A stretch of DNA of 64,000 nucleotides from an uncultured Holophagales bacterium. Lineage in GTDB: Bacteria > Acidobacteriota > Thermoanaerobaculia > Multivoradales > UBA5704. The stretch lies in contig CAWJGT010000001.1 in NCBI GenBank assembly GCA_963842525.1, positions 160,001-224,000 on the forward strand, read 5' to 3'. A model generated the notes under the pieces. That model searched no databases. It saw only the letters and a program-made list of their open reading frames with translations, and was not told the origin of the DNA. This document shows positions 44,561 through 54,829 of the stretch, piece after piece. The stretch's first letter is position 1; each line of letters opens with the position of its first letter. A program made the position numbers and the translations under genes.

Positions 44561-46546
44561 ATGGTCCGCTTCGTCCCTGCTCTATTGCTTGTTTTTACGG
44601 CCGCCTGGTGCGGCACGCAGGATGGGGGTGCGACGTTCGCCGGCAGCGCCACGGCAGCGGCCTCGCTTCTTGCAGTCCTTGTCTGGAAGGGCTGCTCCTG
44701 GCGCGATCCCCTGCGGCTCGGCAGGGCCGGCCGCTGGCTGTTGCCAGCCCTGTGGGTGGCTGCTGCGCTGAGCGCCTGGGCCTCCCCCGTCCCCCGGGCC
44801 GGGCTGGGCGGCCTGATCCTCCTGCCGGCCTTCTTCGGGCTGCCGGATGCGATTGCCCGCTGCTGGCCCGGCGAAGCGCAGAGGAGGCAGGGGATCCGGG
44901 CGGTCTCGGGGTTGGTCGGCGCGATCGCCCTGTGGGCCCTTCTCGGCGTGATCCTGGGGGATACACCCCGCGCCGCCTTGCCGCTCGGCCATCACAATCT
45001 GCTCGCCGCCTGGCTGGTGATCACGCTGCCGTTGGCCGTGCTGCCGGCCCGGGAGCGCGGGCCTTGGCGCCTCCTGGGAATCGGGAGCGGCCTGCTGGGC
45101 ATCGCGGCGGTGCTGGCGAGCCGGTCGCTGCTCGGGGGCGCCGCCCTGGCCGTCGAGGTCGTTGGCGCCGCATTCATCCTCCGCCGGCGGTCGTGGGGAA
45201 GGGCGTTGCTGGGGGTCGTTGCCCTTTCCTTGGTCCTTGTCCTCGTGCTCCAGGGGCCACGGCTTCTACGGATCGCGGCAGGAGAGGACAGCTCGTCCCA
45301 GGCGCGCGCGGTCTATGCGGAAGCGGGGTGGAGAGGCTTCCTGGCCCGGCCGCTCGTGGGCTGGGGACCGGGCTCGGCCGGTTGGACGGCCGCCCTGTTC
45401 CTGGCTCCCCGGCCCGGGGTCAACCCCTGGGGAGAGGCGGTCGGCGAGCTCCACTCGCTCCCCCTCCAGCTCGCCTACGAGCTGGGCCTCGCCGGCCTTC
45501 TGCCCGCCCTGGGAGCCGTCGGGCTTTTCCTCCGGCGGCGGTTCCGCGAGCGGCGGGAGGCGGCCGACCCCGCCCTGCTCGCGGCGGGGCTGCTCGGGCT
45601 TGCGGGGGCCGCGATCGCGGCGCTCGGCACGGCCGCCCTCCACGTGCTGGCGCTCCCGGTGGCCGCGGCCGTCGCTGCCGGGGCCTGCCTGGCCGCACGG
45701 TCTGGAGATGCAGCCGGGGAGAGCGCCGTGCCGGTGCGCGTCTACGCCCTCGCGGCCGTCCTGGCCCTCGCGCCGCTGCTGGCCGCGCAGAGGAGCTACG
45801 ACCGGGCGGTCGCCGCCGACCTGTCCGGCGACCGGGACCAGGCCCGGCAGGCGCTCGCGCAGGCGGTTCGGCTCGATCCCGCCTTCCCCCTGTACCGCAT
45901 GCGGCTGGCTCTACTTCGGGGGACTGAGGCGGCCGAGCTGGCGCGGCGGGCGGCCGAGGATGGGCATGCGGTGGCCGCGGCGTGGACCGTGGCCGGCATC
46001 CTGGGCGAGGCGGAGGGCCGTCCCTGGGCTCCGGCCGCCCTGCAGACCGCCTGCTCGCTGGACCCTCTCGCCCCCTTCCCGCCGTTCTACCGGATGCTCG
46101 CCGATCCCGCCGCGCCCGAAGCCGCCCGCCACGGAGCGCACGCCCTGCTCGCCGAGCCCCGGCTGGCTGCGGCGGTGTTCTGGAAGCGGCATCCGGACCT
46201 CTTCACGCGCGCCCTCGAGGAGGTCCGCACCTGGCCGGGTGTCGATCCGGGTTGGAAAGAGGCCCTGCTCGCCTCCGCCCCCGCGCCGGGAATGCCGGGA
46301 GACGAGGGCGAGCGCGCCCGCCTCGCCCTGGAGATCGACGCCGAGCGCAGCACCTCGCTCTCCCTCTTCCTCTTTCATCGCCGGCCGTGGCCGGCCCAGT
46401 GGCCGCTCGTCGCGGTCGCGCGAGGCGCGCTGGAGCGCCTCGATCTGCCGGCCGCGACGGCGCTCGCGACCACCGCCCCGTCGGCCTTCACAGCGTTCGT
46501 CTGCCGTCCCCGGTCAGTCCCTGAGCGCCCCCTGCCCACCCGCTGA
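44561..46546 (+). CDS. O-antigen ligase family membrane protein with a TPR-like C-terminus
   Basis: Multiple TM segments; 'GHHNLLA', 'ASRS', 'RPLVGWGPG', 'LHSLPLQLAYELG'. Confidence 0.75.
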   Translation: MVRFVPALLLVFTAAWCGTQDGGATFAGSATAAASLLAVLVWKGCSWRDPLRLGRAGRWLLPALWVAAALSAWASPVPRAGLGGLILLPAFFGLPDAIARCWPGEAQRRQGIRAVSGLVGAIALWALLGVILGDTPRAALPLGHHNLLAAWLVITLPLAVLPARERGPWRLLGIGSGLLGIAAVLASRSLLGGAALAVEVVGAAFILRRRSWGRALLGVVALSLVLVLVLQGPRLLRIAAGEDSSSQARAVYAEAGWRGFLARPLVGWGPGSAGWTAALFLAPRPGVNPWGEAVGELHSLPLQLAYELGLAGLLPALGAVGLFLRRRFRERREAADPALLAAGLLGLAGAAIAALGTAALHVLALPVAAAVAAGACLAARSGDAAGESAVPVRVYALAAVLALAPLLAAQRSYDRAVAADLSGDRDQARQALAQAVRLDPAFPLYRMRLALLRGTEAAELARRAAEDGHAVAAAWTVAGILGEAEGRPWAPAALQTACSLDPLAPFPPFYRMLADPAAPEAARHGAHALLAEPRLAAAVFWKRHPDLFTRALEEVRTWPGVDPGWKEALLASAPAPGMPGDEGERARLALEIDAERSTSLSLFLFHRRPWPAQWPLVAVARGALERLDLPAATALATTAPSAFTAFVCRPRSVPERPLPTR

Positions 46547-46569
46547 GCGCTCTCCCGGAGGGAGCCCGA

Positions 46570-46814
46570 ATCTCCACAACCTCTGTGGAAAACCCTGTGG
46601 GAAAGTGCCTGGCGGAGGGCCGGAAAACGCGGTACCACAGGGGTTTGGTCCTCTTTGCCCAGATTTTTGTGCAACCAAGTTAAGTCGTTTGGAATGAGAA
46701 GTTTGAAAAATTAGGTCCGCTTGATGATTGACGTTTTGTGACGGCACACCCCTCGCGGGAGTGACATTTTTTCCCCCAGACGGAGAGGCGAATTTCAAGC
46801 GCAAGTTTTCCGCA
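46570..46814. other. AT-rich intergenic region with DnaA-box-like 9-mers
   Basis: ATCTCCACA 46570, TGTGGAAAA 46584, TGTGGGAAA 46596, GGTACCACA 46631, TTTCCCCCA 46770, TTTTCCGCA 46806; lies between convergent genes. Confidence 0.5.
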
Positions 46815-46840
46815 GGCCGAAGCCTGGGGGAGGGGGTCGA

Positions 46841-47981
46841 TCAGCCGTAGATCTTGCCGACGAACGGGCCGGCCATGAACTCCTGCGCGTCGATCTGGCT
46901 CTGCAGGCAGACGCCCTGGAGGCCCCTTTCGAGGAGGAGCCGCGCCGACTCGGCGAGCCCGGCGGAGGTGGTCGACTGGATGGCTTTCAACCGGTGGCCG
47001 GCGATCTCGATGGGACGCACCACCTTCGAGGCTCTCATGCCGCCGGAGCACGCCGTCCGGATCGCGGCCCTCGACCGCGGCGAAGATCACCACCAGGTCG
47101 TCGTTGTCGACCAGCGGGACCGTCTCGAGCATCCGCCGGTGGAGGTACTCGATCTGATCGACCCCTGCGGGCGCTTCGGCCAGCAGCGCCTTCACCCAGG
47201 CGTAGTGGCCGGGGTAGCGGAGGGTCTTGTAGTCCAGGTTCCGGACGCGTCCCTGGAGGGCGGTCGGGAGGTCTGCCGCCCCCCCGGAGGTCAGCGCCTC
47301 CTCGTAGAGGACGCCGTTGATCAGGATCGGGCGGACGCCTTCGAGCGACGGGACGGCGATCGTCTCGAAGTCCTGCACCACGCGCGAGGGTTGGACGTAC
47401 TCCGTCGCCACGCCGATCGTGCTCCAGGTGAAGGCGTAGTAGTGGGGCGGCTCGGCCACCGAGGTCAGGGCTCCCACCCGCATAGCGATCCGGTCGACCG
47501 ACGAGACCCCGTGCTGGCGGCAGAAATCCTGGAAGAGCCGGTGCGCCAGGACGTTGACGAAACCGGGGGCAAGGCCGGTCTGGAGGATGTAGCCCTGCTC
47601 GGCGCCCGCGGCGATGCGCTGGATCTCCTCCGTCTCCTCGACGTGCTCGGTGAGGTTGGCATAGTGCAGCCGGTGCCGGCGGGCGAGGCCGGCCATGCGG
47701 GGCGCCTCCTCACCCGGCAGGCAGTCGAGGAGGATGTCCGCGTCGTCCAGCACGCGCTCGAGCTCCGGCCCCGAGCCGTCGGCCGGCAGGTGGAAGGGCT
47801 CGACAGGGTCATCCTGGGAGGAGCCGCTGCGGATCCAGTCGACGGCCTCCCGGGCGGCCTCGTCCCGGGCGTCGCCGATGTGGAGGGCCATCCGCGCGTC
47901 CCAGAGCTCGCGCAGGAGCAGGCCGGTCGCCCTTCCCATGCCGCCGGCTCCCGCGATGACGATCTTGTAGGGTCTGCTCAT
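46841..47981 (-). CDS. Saccharopine / lysine 6-dehydrogenase family protein (frameshift near 47030)
   Basis: 'IAGAGGMG', 'TGLAPG', 'RVGAL', 'TSGG', 'YKTLRYPGH'. The C-terminus 'AIQSTT…FGKIYG'-like segment is in a second frame (46841-47038). Confidence 0.82.
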
Positions 47982-48121
47982 GCTCGCACACAATCGAGCC
48001 CGGCCCCTCGTCCCGACTGGTCCGGACCCGCCTCTCGCTGTCTCTCGCGGTGGGAGATGACTGAGAATGGGGACGTTGCCCCCGAAAGCCGGGGCATCCT
48101 AGCACCCGCCGTCCCGAGGGG

Positions 48122-49300
48122 TCAACGAACCGGGTCGGGCACCCTCCGGCGCACCACCTGGCCGGCCATGGCCGTGCGGTTGCGGCCGGTCTCCTTGGCG
48201 ACGTACATGGCCGCGTCCGCCAGCCGCAGCAGGGCGCTCTTCATGTCCTCCAGGGACAGGTCGTCGGCCAGGTGGCGCCGCAGGGTGGCGACGCCGATCG
48301 AGCAGGTCTGCCCCTTGAGGTGCAGGGCCTCGGGCTGGATCTCGCCCGGCTGGGAGCAGAAGGTGGTGCCGATCACCCGGTCCCGGATCTCTTCGGCGAC
48401 GTCGATGGCGGTCTCCAGGTCGCACCCCGGGAGCAGCAGCACGAACTCGTCGCCGCCGTAGCGGGCCGGGATGCCGTTGCGCTTGGCCACCGAGGAGCGC
48501 AGGAGGTGGCCGACCTCGCGCAGGACCTGGCTGCCCGCCAGATGGCCGTGCGCGTCGTTGACCCGCTTGAAGTAGTCGAGGTCGATGAAGAGCACGGCGA
48601 GGTCCTGCTCCTCGGCCTGGCAGCGGCGGATGGTCTCCGACAGCGCGATGTGCAGGTAGCGGTCGTTGTAGAGGCCGGTCAGGTTGTCGCGCTTGGCGAT
48701 CTCCTGCGCCTGCCGGCCGTCGAGCACGTTCTGGATGGAGATCGAGATGTAGCCGGCGAAGATCTCCAGGAGGTTGCGGTCCTCGCGGCTGTAGTCGGGG
48801 GCGTCGGTGCGGTTGATCAGCTCCAGGACGCCGCAGACCTCCTGCTCGATCCGGATGGGGACGGCGATCAGCGAGTGGGTCTGATACCTCGTCTCCTCGT
48901 CCATCTGGCGGTAGAAGAACCGGTCGGTCGGGGCGTTCGAGGTGACATAGGTCTCGCCGGTCAGATAGACGCGCCCGGCGATCCCCTGGTCGGCCGGGAT
49001 CGTCCGGCCCACCAGGCCGGTCGACTTGTCCCCGAAGGCGGCGATGAAGGTCAGGAGGTTCTTGCGCCGGTCTTCCTGCTTCTCGGCCGGGTTGTCGAGC
49101 AGGATCGATCCTGCCGCCGAGGGGACGAAGCCGTTGGCCCGGCGCAGGACCTCGAGCAGGTTCTCCGCCAAGCTGAGCTCCAGGGGGAAGACGGGGGTGG
49201 CCCGCCTCCGCTCGAGGAAACGGACGAGCTGGATGTGGTCGAGGCTGTGGCACTCGATCGCCGTAGGCAGTCCGGGAGCGGGTTGTTCGGACCTCTTCAA
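48122..49300 (-). CDS. GAF-sensor diguanylate cyclase
   Basis: GAF domain ('GIAGRV', 'GVLELIN') plus 'DNLTGLYN', 'DLDYFKRVND', 'RYGGDEF'. Confidence 0.92.
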   Translation of the reverse strand: MKRSEQPAPGLPTAIECHSLDHIQLVRFLERRRATPVFPLELSLAENLLEVLRRANGFVPSAAGSILLDNPAEKQEDRRKNLLTFIAAFGDKSTGLVGRTIPADQGIAGRVYLTGETYVTSNAPTDRFFYRQMDEETRYQTHSLIAVPIRIEQEVCGVLELINRTDAPDYSREDRNLLEIFAGYISISIQNVLDGRQAQEIAKRDNLTGLYNDRYLHIALSETIRRCQAEEQDLAVLFIDLDYFKRVNDAHGHLAGSQVLREVGHLLRSSVAKRNGIPARYGGDEFVLLLPGCDLETAIDVAEEIRDRVIGTTFCSQPGEIQPEALHLKGQTCSIGVATLRRHLADDLSLEDMKSALLRLADAAMYVAKETGRNRTAMAGQVVRRRVPDPVR

Positions 49301-49333
49301 GACGGTGCTCCTGCGGCGGCGCTCGTCACGGCG

Positions 49334-50137
49334 TCACCGGGTCGATCGATGTAGTGTCCCCTCCGTCCGGGAACCCATGCGCGCTGGACCGGCAGTGCTG
49401 ACGATACCAGAACTTCCGGTACGGCGGAATGCGGGATCCACCAGACCGACCGCCTCCGCCGGGCACCGCTGGTCTTCGCGGCCCAGGACGCGCCACCCGT
49501 CTTCCGCCGCGGGCAGCACCCAGAGCTCGCTGCCGGCCGGGAGGCTGGCTTCGACGCCGGCGCAGTCGCGGAGCAGCACGGCGGCGCGCGGGCCGCGCAG
49601 GAGCAGGAGCATCCCTGCGAGGAAGGTGACGCAGGAGAGGAGGGCGAGCGAGATCGTCAGCCCCTGCCGGACGGCGAGGGAGACGCGCGGCGGGAGCGGC
49701 ACCAGGAGCAGCGCGAGGGCCGCCCAGGCGAGACAGGCGCCGGCGAGCACCATCCGGCGGCGGTTCTCCAGCCAGAAGCCCCAACCGGACGGGGAGCTCT
49801 CCGGCTCTACCACCCCGCCAGACACCCCGAGCTGCTGCCGGACCAGCTCCAGGTTGTCCTTCAGCCAGGGGTCCCGGCCGAGCGAGCCCTCGGCCCGGCG
49901 GTACCAGAGGAGAGCTTCGGGCAGCCGGCCGAGGTGGTGCGCGGTCGTCCCCAGGTTGTAGGCCAGGAGGGGGTCCGATCCGTCGTAGCCCGCGGCATAG
50001 ACCTCCAGGGCCTCTTCGAGATCCCCGTTCCGGAACAGGCGGTTGCCCTCGCGCAGGGCCGAGGAGGCATCCGTGGCGCCGGGGGGCGCCGCGCCCGTGA
50101 CGAGCAGGAGGGCGAGCCAGAGAGGGGCCGCTCGCAT
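49334..50137 (-). CDS. BatE-like TPR membrane protein
   Basis: Signal peptide, TPR 'YNLG', two TM segments; last gene of the Bat operon. Confidence 0.7.
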   Translation of the reverse strand: MRAAPLWLALLLVTGAAPPGATDASSALREGNRLFRNGDLEEALEVYAAGYDGSDPLLAYNLGTTAHHLGRLPEALLWYRRAEGSLGRDPWLKDNLELVRQQLGVSGGVVEPESSPSGWGFWLENRRRMVLAGACLAWAALALLLVPLPPRVSLAVRQGLTISLALLSCVTFLAGMLLLLRGPRAAVLLRDCAGVEASLPAGSELWVLPAAEDGWRVLGREDQRCPAEAVGLVDPAFRRTGSSGIVSTAGPARMGSRTEGTLHRSTR

Positions 50138-50144
50138 CGCGGCC

Positions 50145-51977
50145 TCACCGCAGCCGCTGCAGGAGCCGGCGGGAGCGGGAGACCGCCTCCGAGATCAGGT
50201 CCCCGGTCGCCGAGAGCTGCGGCGCATAACGGAGGTAGTGGAGGTCGTCGGCCAGACGGACGAGCTCCTCGGCCGCGGCCGGGTCGGCGCTACGGGCTAC
50301 CAGCAGCTCGCGCCAGCGGGTCGAGGGGGTCCCGGGCGGGATGTCCCACCGCGCGGCCAGGTGCTCGCGCCAGACCTCCTCGATGCGCGCTGCGGCCTGC
50401 CGTGGCCGGCTCTCGGCCGCCGCCTCGCCGAGCTTGCGGTCGAGCCCGTGCAGGGATGGCCGCGCCGTCGCCGTCGCCGCCGTCGCTCCCGTCGCCTCCG
50501 TCGCAGACACCGCCGGGTGGCGCCGCCGCGCCAGGGTGACGACCAGGGCGATCCCCCACGGCAGCGCGAACAGCCAGGGGAGCGTCCGGTCCCAGGAGAG
50601 CAGTCCGCTGACAGGGGTCAGGGCGGCGCTGCGGATCGGGTGGGGCTCGCCTTTCGCCGTCGGGCCGGAGATCCGCGGCAGGGCGCGGATCGCGAGCGGC
50701 GGCACCGCGGCGCGGCGGTATTGCCGGCTCTGGGGATCGAAGTAGGAGATCTCCGGCACCTGCAGCTCGATCCGGCCGGCCCGGTCGGGGACGACCACGT
50801 AGCTCCAGGTACGCTTGCCCTGGAGCACCGTCCCGGCGAATTTCTCGTCCCCCTGCTGCTGGGGCGGATGGACGGTCAGGCCCGGCGGCGCGTCGATTTG
50901 CGGCTCCGGCACGGTCTGCAGATTGCCCTGGCCGGAGAGCGTCACCGTCAGCGTGGCCGCCTCGCCCATGTGGAGCTCGGGCGGCTCGACGTGTGCAGCG
51001 AGCGACATCCGGCCGACCGCGCCGCCGAAGCCGGCCGGCGCCGGAGGGAGCGGCTGGACGTCCACCGAAACCGGGTTGGTCCGCAGGCGGGCCTGCTCGG
51101 GCCGCGCCAGCGGAGGACCGAAGAAGCGCCGCTCGAGGACGCGCACCAGGAGGTCCATCTCGGTCGGCTCGAGCGTGCTCCGCCCGGCGCGCAGCGGGAA
51201 GATGGCGCGCTGGAGCAGGGGCATCCGCCCGTACCGCTGGCCGCCGACGTCGACCATCTCGGTCGTCAGGCGCTGCGGCAGCGGGAGGTCGCGCACCCAG
51301 AACCCCCGGAAGGTGGGCAGCTCGCGCGGCTGGACGGAGCTCACGTCGTCGCGCGTGTAGAGATAGACCGTGTAGACCGCCTGCTGGCCGACGAACGGCC
51401 GCTCCGGCTCGACGGTGGCGCGGAGGAACACCGCGGGATCGCGCGGGGCCGGGCGCCAGGGGGGCCGAATGCGGCCGAAGAGCTGCTCGAAGGGGTCCGT
51501 GGCGTGGTCCCGCGGATCACTGCCGAGGCCGGTCGGCTCTTCCTGGACCGAGACCTCGCGGTCCCGCAGGCGCACGGTCTCGTCGCGCATCCGCAGGACC
51601 ACCGAGCGTACCCGTGCCTTGCCGGTGGTGACGGGGCGCAGCCGCCACGAGATGCGGGACGCGCTGGAGAGGGCGCCATTGACGAGACGGAAGTCATCGG
51701 ACTGATAGGGGCCGCCGACGACCTCAAAGTTCTCCAGCTCGAAGGAAGGGCGGAAGCGCAGCCGCCCGAGGCCGTTGCTGCGGACCTCGATGGTGAAGGA
51801 GACCGTCTCGTCGATGCCGATCACCTCCGGCTCCAGGGCCGCCTTCACGATCACCTCGCCGGCGTGGCCGGGCACGGCGAGGACCGTCAGCAACACGAGA
51901 AGGAGGGCGAGCGTCCCCCCTCTCCCGGCGGGGGGTGGAAGGGAGACGGGAGAGGGGGCCAGGGGGTGAGGTTTCAC
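50145..51977 (-). CDS. BatD-family protein
   Basis: GTG start overlapping the upstream stop (GTGA); beta-sandwich repeats; 'FGGAVG', 'G.GNL', 'YFDP'. Confidence 0.82.
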   Translation of the reverse strand: MKPHPLAPSPVSLPPPAGRGGTLALLLVLLTVLAVPGHAGEVIVKAALEPEVIGIDETVSFTIEVRSNGLGRLRFRPSFELENFEVVGGPYQSDDFRLVNGALSSASRISWRLRPVTTGKARVRSVVLRMRDETVRLRDREVSVQEEPTGLGSDPRDHATDPFEQLFGRIRPPWRPAPRDPAVFLRATVEPERPFVGQQAVYTVYLYTRDDVSSVQPRELPTFRGFWVRDLPLPQRLTTEMVDVGGQRYGRMPLLQRAIFPLRAGRSTLEPTEMDLLVRVLERRFFGPPLARPEQARLRTNPVSVDVQPLPPAPAGFGGAVGRMSLAAHVEPPELHMGEAATLTVTLSGQGNLQTVPEPQIDAPPGLTVHPPQQQGDEKFAGTVLQGKRTWSYVVVPDRAGRIELQVPEISYFDPQSRQYRRAAVPPLAIRALPRISGPTAKGEPHPIRSAALTPVSGLLSWDRTLPWLFALPWGIALVVTLARRRHPAVSATEATGATAATATARPSLHGLDRKLGEAAAESRPRQAAARIEEVWREHLAARWDIPPGTPSTRWRELLVARSADPAAAEELVRLADDLHYLRYAPQLSATGDLISEAVSRSRRLLQRLR

Positions 51978-52795
51978 CAGTCCTTCCCCTGAACGGCCTT
52001 CTGGCGGGACCGCTTGGCCGCCTGCTGGCGCCGCTGCTGGCGCTCGAGGTTCTCGACGGCCTGGAGGAGGGCCGCCGCTTCCCGTGCGTTCATGTCCGGC
52101 TGGTTCTGGAAGCGCGGGGCTTGCGAGCCCTGGCCTCCCTGCTGCGGAGGCTGCTGTCCCTGGCCTTGCGACTTGTCCTGCCGGTCGCCGGGCTCGTTCG
52201 ACCGGCTGGGGTCCTTCTGTGGCGAGCCCTGGTCGCCGCCGCGGCCCGAGGGTTGCCTCTGCCCCTGCGGGCGCCGGCCGCGCGAGCCCTCGCCCGGACC
52301 CCGCATCCGCTGCTTCTGCTTCTCGCGCTCGCGCAGGGCGAGCTCGAGGTTGTGCTTGGCGTCCGCATCGCCGGCGGTCCTGCGGAGCGTCTGCTTGTAG
52401 GCCTCGACCGCTCCGGCGGCGTCGCCTGAAGCGAGGCGCGAATTGCCGAGGTTGTACCAGGCCGCCGGGGCGAGCTCCGGATCGGCCCCGCGCACCGACT
52501 TCTCGAGCTGTCTGATGGCCCGCCGCCCATGGCGGGCCGCGAGGTGCGCCGTGCCGTTGTTGAACTGGGCCCGCGGATCCTCGGGTGCGATCCGCAGCGC
52601 CGTGTCCGCCAGGTCCGCCGCCTCGTCCATCTCGTCCTTTTCGTAGGCTTCGATCGCCTTGCCGGTCCGCTCGCGCGGGTTGTACAGCCAGCGCTCGGCC
52701 CAGGCAGGGAGGTGTGGCTTCCATGGCAGGGCAGGCAGGGAGGGCAAGGCGGCCCAGCCGGCGAGCAGGAGAATGGGGACGATCTTAGGAGACAT
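51974..52795 (-). CDS. BatC-like TPR protein
   Basis: TPR repeats, 'DAKHNLELAL', Q/G-rich linker, C-terminal 'KDW'. Confidence 0.82.
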   Translation of the reverse strand: MSPKIVPILLLAGWAALPSLPALPWKPHLPAWAERWLYNPRERTGKAIEAYEKDEMDEAADLADTALRIAPEDPRAQFNNGTAHLAARHGRRAIRQLEKSVRGADPELAPAAWYNLGNSRLASGDAAGAVEAYKQTLRRTAGDADAKHNLELALREREKQKQRMRGPGEGSRGRRPQGQRQPSGRGGDQGSPQKDPSRSNEPGDRQDKSQGQGQQPPQQGGQGSQAPRFQNQPDMNAREAAALLQAVENLERQQRRQQAAKRSRQKAVQGKDW

Positions 52796-53816
52796 GGCTC
52801 TTCCGCATGAGGGGTGTGAGGGGGGACCAGGGGGCTACGGCGAGGTAGAGCACCAGGGCCGCCACCGCGGCGGCGAGCGGCCACTGGAACCGCTCCTCCA
52901 GCGTGCTCAGGCTCTGGCTCTCCAGCGTCCGCTTCTCCATGCCGTCGATCCGCTGCAGGATCGGCGTCGGGTCGGCGGCGGCGCTGGTGACCCGCAGATA
53001 GGAGCCGCGAGTGGCACGGGTGAGCCCTTCGAGCACCTCCTCGTGGAGCTTGGTGACGACGAGGCTGCCGTCCGCCTGCCGCTTGAAGCTGCGGCTGCCC
53101 GCCCCGGCGGAGATCGGCACGTAGCCGCCCTCGGGAGTCCCGACCCCCAGGGCGTGGACCACGACCCCCTCCTCCTTGAGGCGTGCGATCCGTCCGTCGA
53201 TCCCGCCGCCGTGATCCTCCCCGTCCGAGAGCAGGACCAGGACCCGGTGCTTGTCGCCTCCCTCGCCGAACAGGCGGAGGGCGGCTTCCAGCCCGGGAGC
53301 GAGCTCGGTCCCGGGGGTCGGCAGGGAGCCCGGCTCGATCGTGTCCAGCAGCAGGTCGATCACGGCGCCGTCGAGCGTGAGGGGAGCCAGCACGACGCCC
53401 GTCCCCTCCGTCTGCACCAGGCCGATCCGGTTGCCTGGCATGGCGCGGGCCATTCGCCGCACCAGGCTCTTGGCCACGAAGAGCCGCGACGGAGCGACGT
53501 CGTAGGCCCCCATGGACAGCGACGAGTCGACGAGGAAGACCACGTCGACCCCCTGCCGCTCGACCTCCTGCGTCCCGGTCCCCCAGCGCGGCCGGGCGAG
53601 GGCGAGCGAGGCGCCCAGGGCGGCGACGGTCAGGCAGACGACCGAGATCCGCATCCGGCGCGGCGAGTAGGTGGGGAGCAGCCGGCTCCACAGGCCGCGC
53701 GAGGCCCATGCCGCGTCCGCGGCGAGCCGGCGCCTCCACAGCAGCACGGCCGCCGCCGCGACCGCGAGGGGGATCGCCAGGGCCAGCCAGAGGAAGCGGG
53801 GGTCGGCGAAGGTCAT
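52785..53816 (-). CDS. BatB-like vWA protein
   Basis: 'ALARPRWG', MIDAS 'DSSLSM', 'LSDGED'. Confidence 0.85.
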   Translation of the reverse strand: MTFADPRFLWLALAIPLAVAAAAVLLWRRRLAADAAWASRGLWSRLLPTYSPRRMRISVVCLTVAALGASLALARPRWGTGTQEVERQGVDVVFLVDSSLSMGAYDVAPSRLFVAKSLVRRMARAMPGNRIGLVQTEGTGVVLAPLTLDGAVIDLLLDTIEPGSLPTPGTELAPGLEAALRLFGEGGDKHRVLVLLSDGEDHGGGIDGRIARLKEEGVVVHALGVGTPEGGYVPISAGAGSRSFKRQADGSLVVTKLHEEVLEGLTRATRGSYLRVTSAAADPTPILQRIDGMEKRTLESQSLSTLEERFQWPLAAAVAALVLYLAVAPWSPLTPLMRKSHVS

Positions 53817-54829
53817 GGCTCGGCCGTGATCCTCGCGCCCGCGGCGGCAAAGGGGAGGAGCAGGAAGCCCAGGCCCGCCCAGACAAGCGGCGGAAAAGCC
53901 TCGCGGTAGCGGACGTAGCGCTTCACCTGGAGCGGCGTCTTCTCCAGCCGGTCGATCTCGTGGAAGACCCGCTGCAAGCTCTCGGGATCGGTCGCCATGA
54001 AGAGCTCGCCGCCCGTGCGCTGCGCAATCTGGCGCAGCAGCTTCTCGTCGACCGGCAGGTGCATCAGGACCCGCCGGGTCTCCGTCCGGCCGGTGACCGG
54101 ATCGGGGGCGGGGAAGGAGACCGGCACGAGCCCCGCGCTTCCCCCGACGCCGACCGTATAGACCTTGATCCCGAGCCCCTTGCAGACCGCGGCCGAGGAG
54201 AGCGGGTCGATCTCGCCGGCGTTGTTGATGCCGTCGGTGACCAGCACGATGACCTTGCTCTTGGCCGCGCTCTCCTCGAGGCGCGCCGCGGCATTGGCGA
54301 GGGCGACGCCGATCGCCGTGCCGTCCGGCAGGGTGTTGAGCTCGACCGAGTCGATCAACAGGTCGAGCATCTGCCGGTCGGTGGTGAGCGGCGCCCGGGT
54401 CATGGCGCTGCCCGCGAACACGATGAAGCCGATGCGGTCCCCGGGCCGGCCCGCCACGAAGTCGCGGACCACGCGCTTGGCCACGGTCAGCCGGTCCTTG
54501 GGCTGGAAGTCCTCGGCCCCCATGCTGCCGGAGATGTCGAGCACGATCTCGATGTCGATCCCTTCTGTGAGGCTCTCTTCCCAGGCATAACCGAGCTGCG
54601 GCCGGGCGAGCGCCAGGATCAGGCAGGCGAGCGCCACCAGGCGCGCGTAGAACGGGAGGTGCAGGCGCCAGGAGCCGCTGCCCCGGGTGCCCCGCGATCC
54701 CGCGGGAAGGCGGCTGTAGGTCAGCTCGCCCAGGGCCGGCTGCCGGTGGTGCCGCCAGGCGAGCAGGGGCAGGATGGCGAGCAGGAGGAGCCACCAGGGA
54801 CTGGCGATATGAGGGAAGAGGTCGCTCAT
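53813..54829 (-). CDS. BatA-like vWA protein
   Basis: 'ALARPQ', 'DISGSM', 'GTAIG', 'VTDG', 'IDRLEK'. Confidence 0.88.
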   Translation of the reverse strand: MSDLFPHIASPWWLLLLAILPLLAWRHHRQPALGELTYSRLPAGSRGTRGSGSWRLHLPFYARLVALACLILALARPQLGYAWEESLTEGIDIEIVLDISGSMGAEDFQPKDRLTVAKRVVRDFVAGRPGDRIGFIVFAGSAMTRAPLTTDRQMLDLLIDSVELNTLPDGTAIGVALANAAARLEESAAKSKVIVLVTDGINNAGEIDPLSSAAVCKGLGIKVYTVGVGGSAGLVPVSFPAPDPVTGRTETRRVLMHLPVDEKLLRQIAQRTGGELFMATDPESLQRVFHEIDRLEKTPLQVKRYVRYREAFPPLVWAGLGFLLLPFAAAGARITAEP

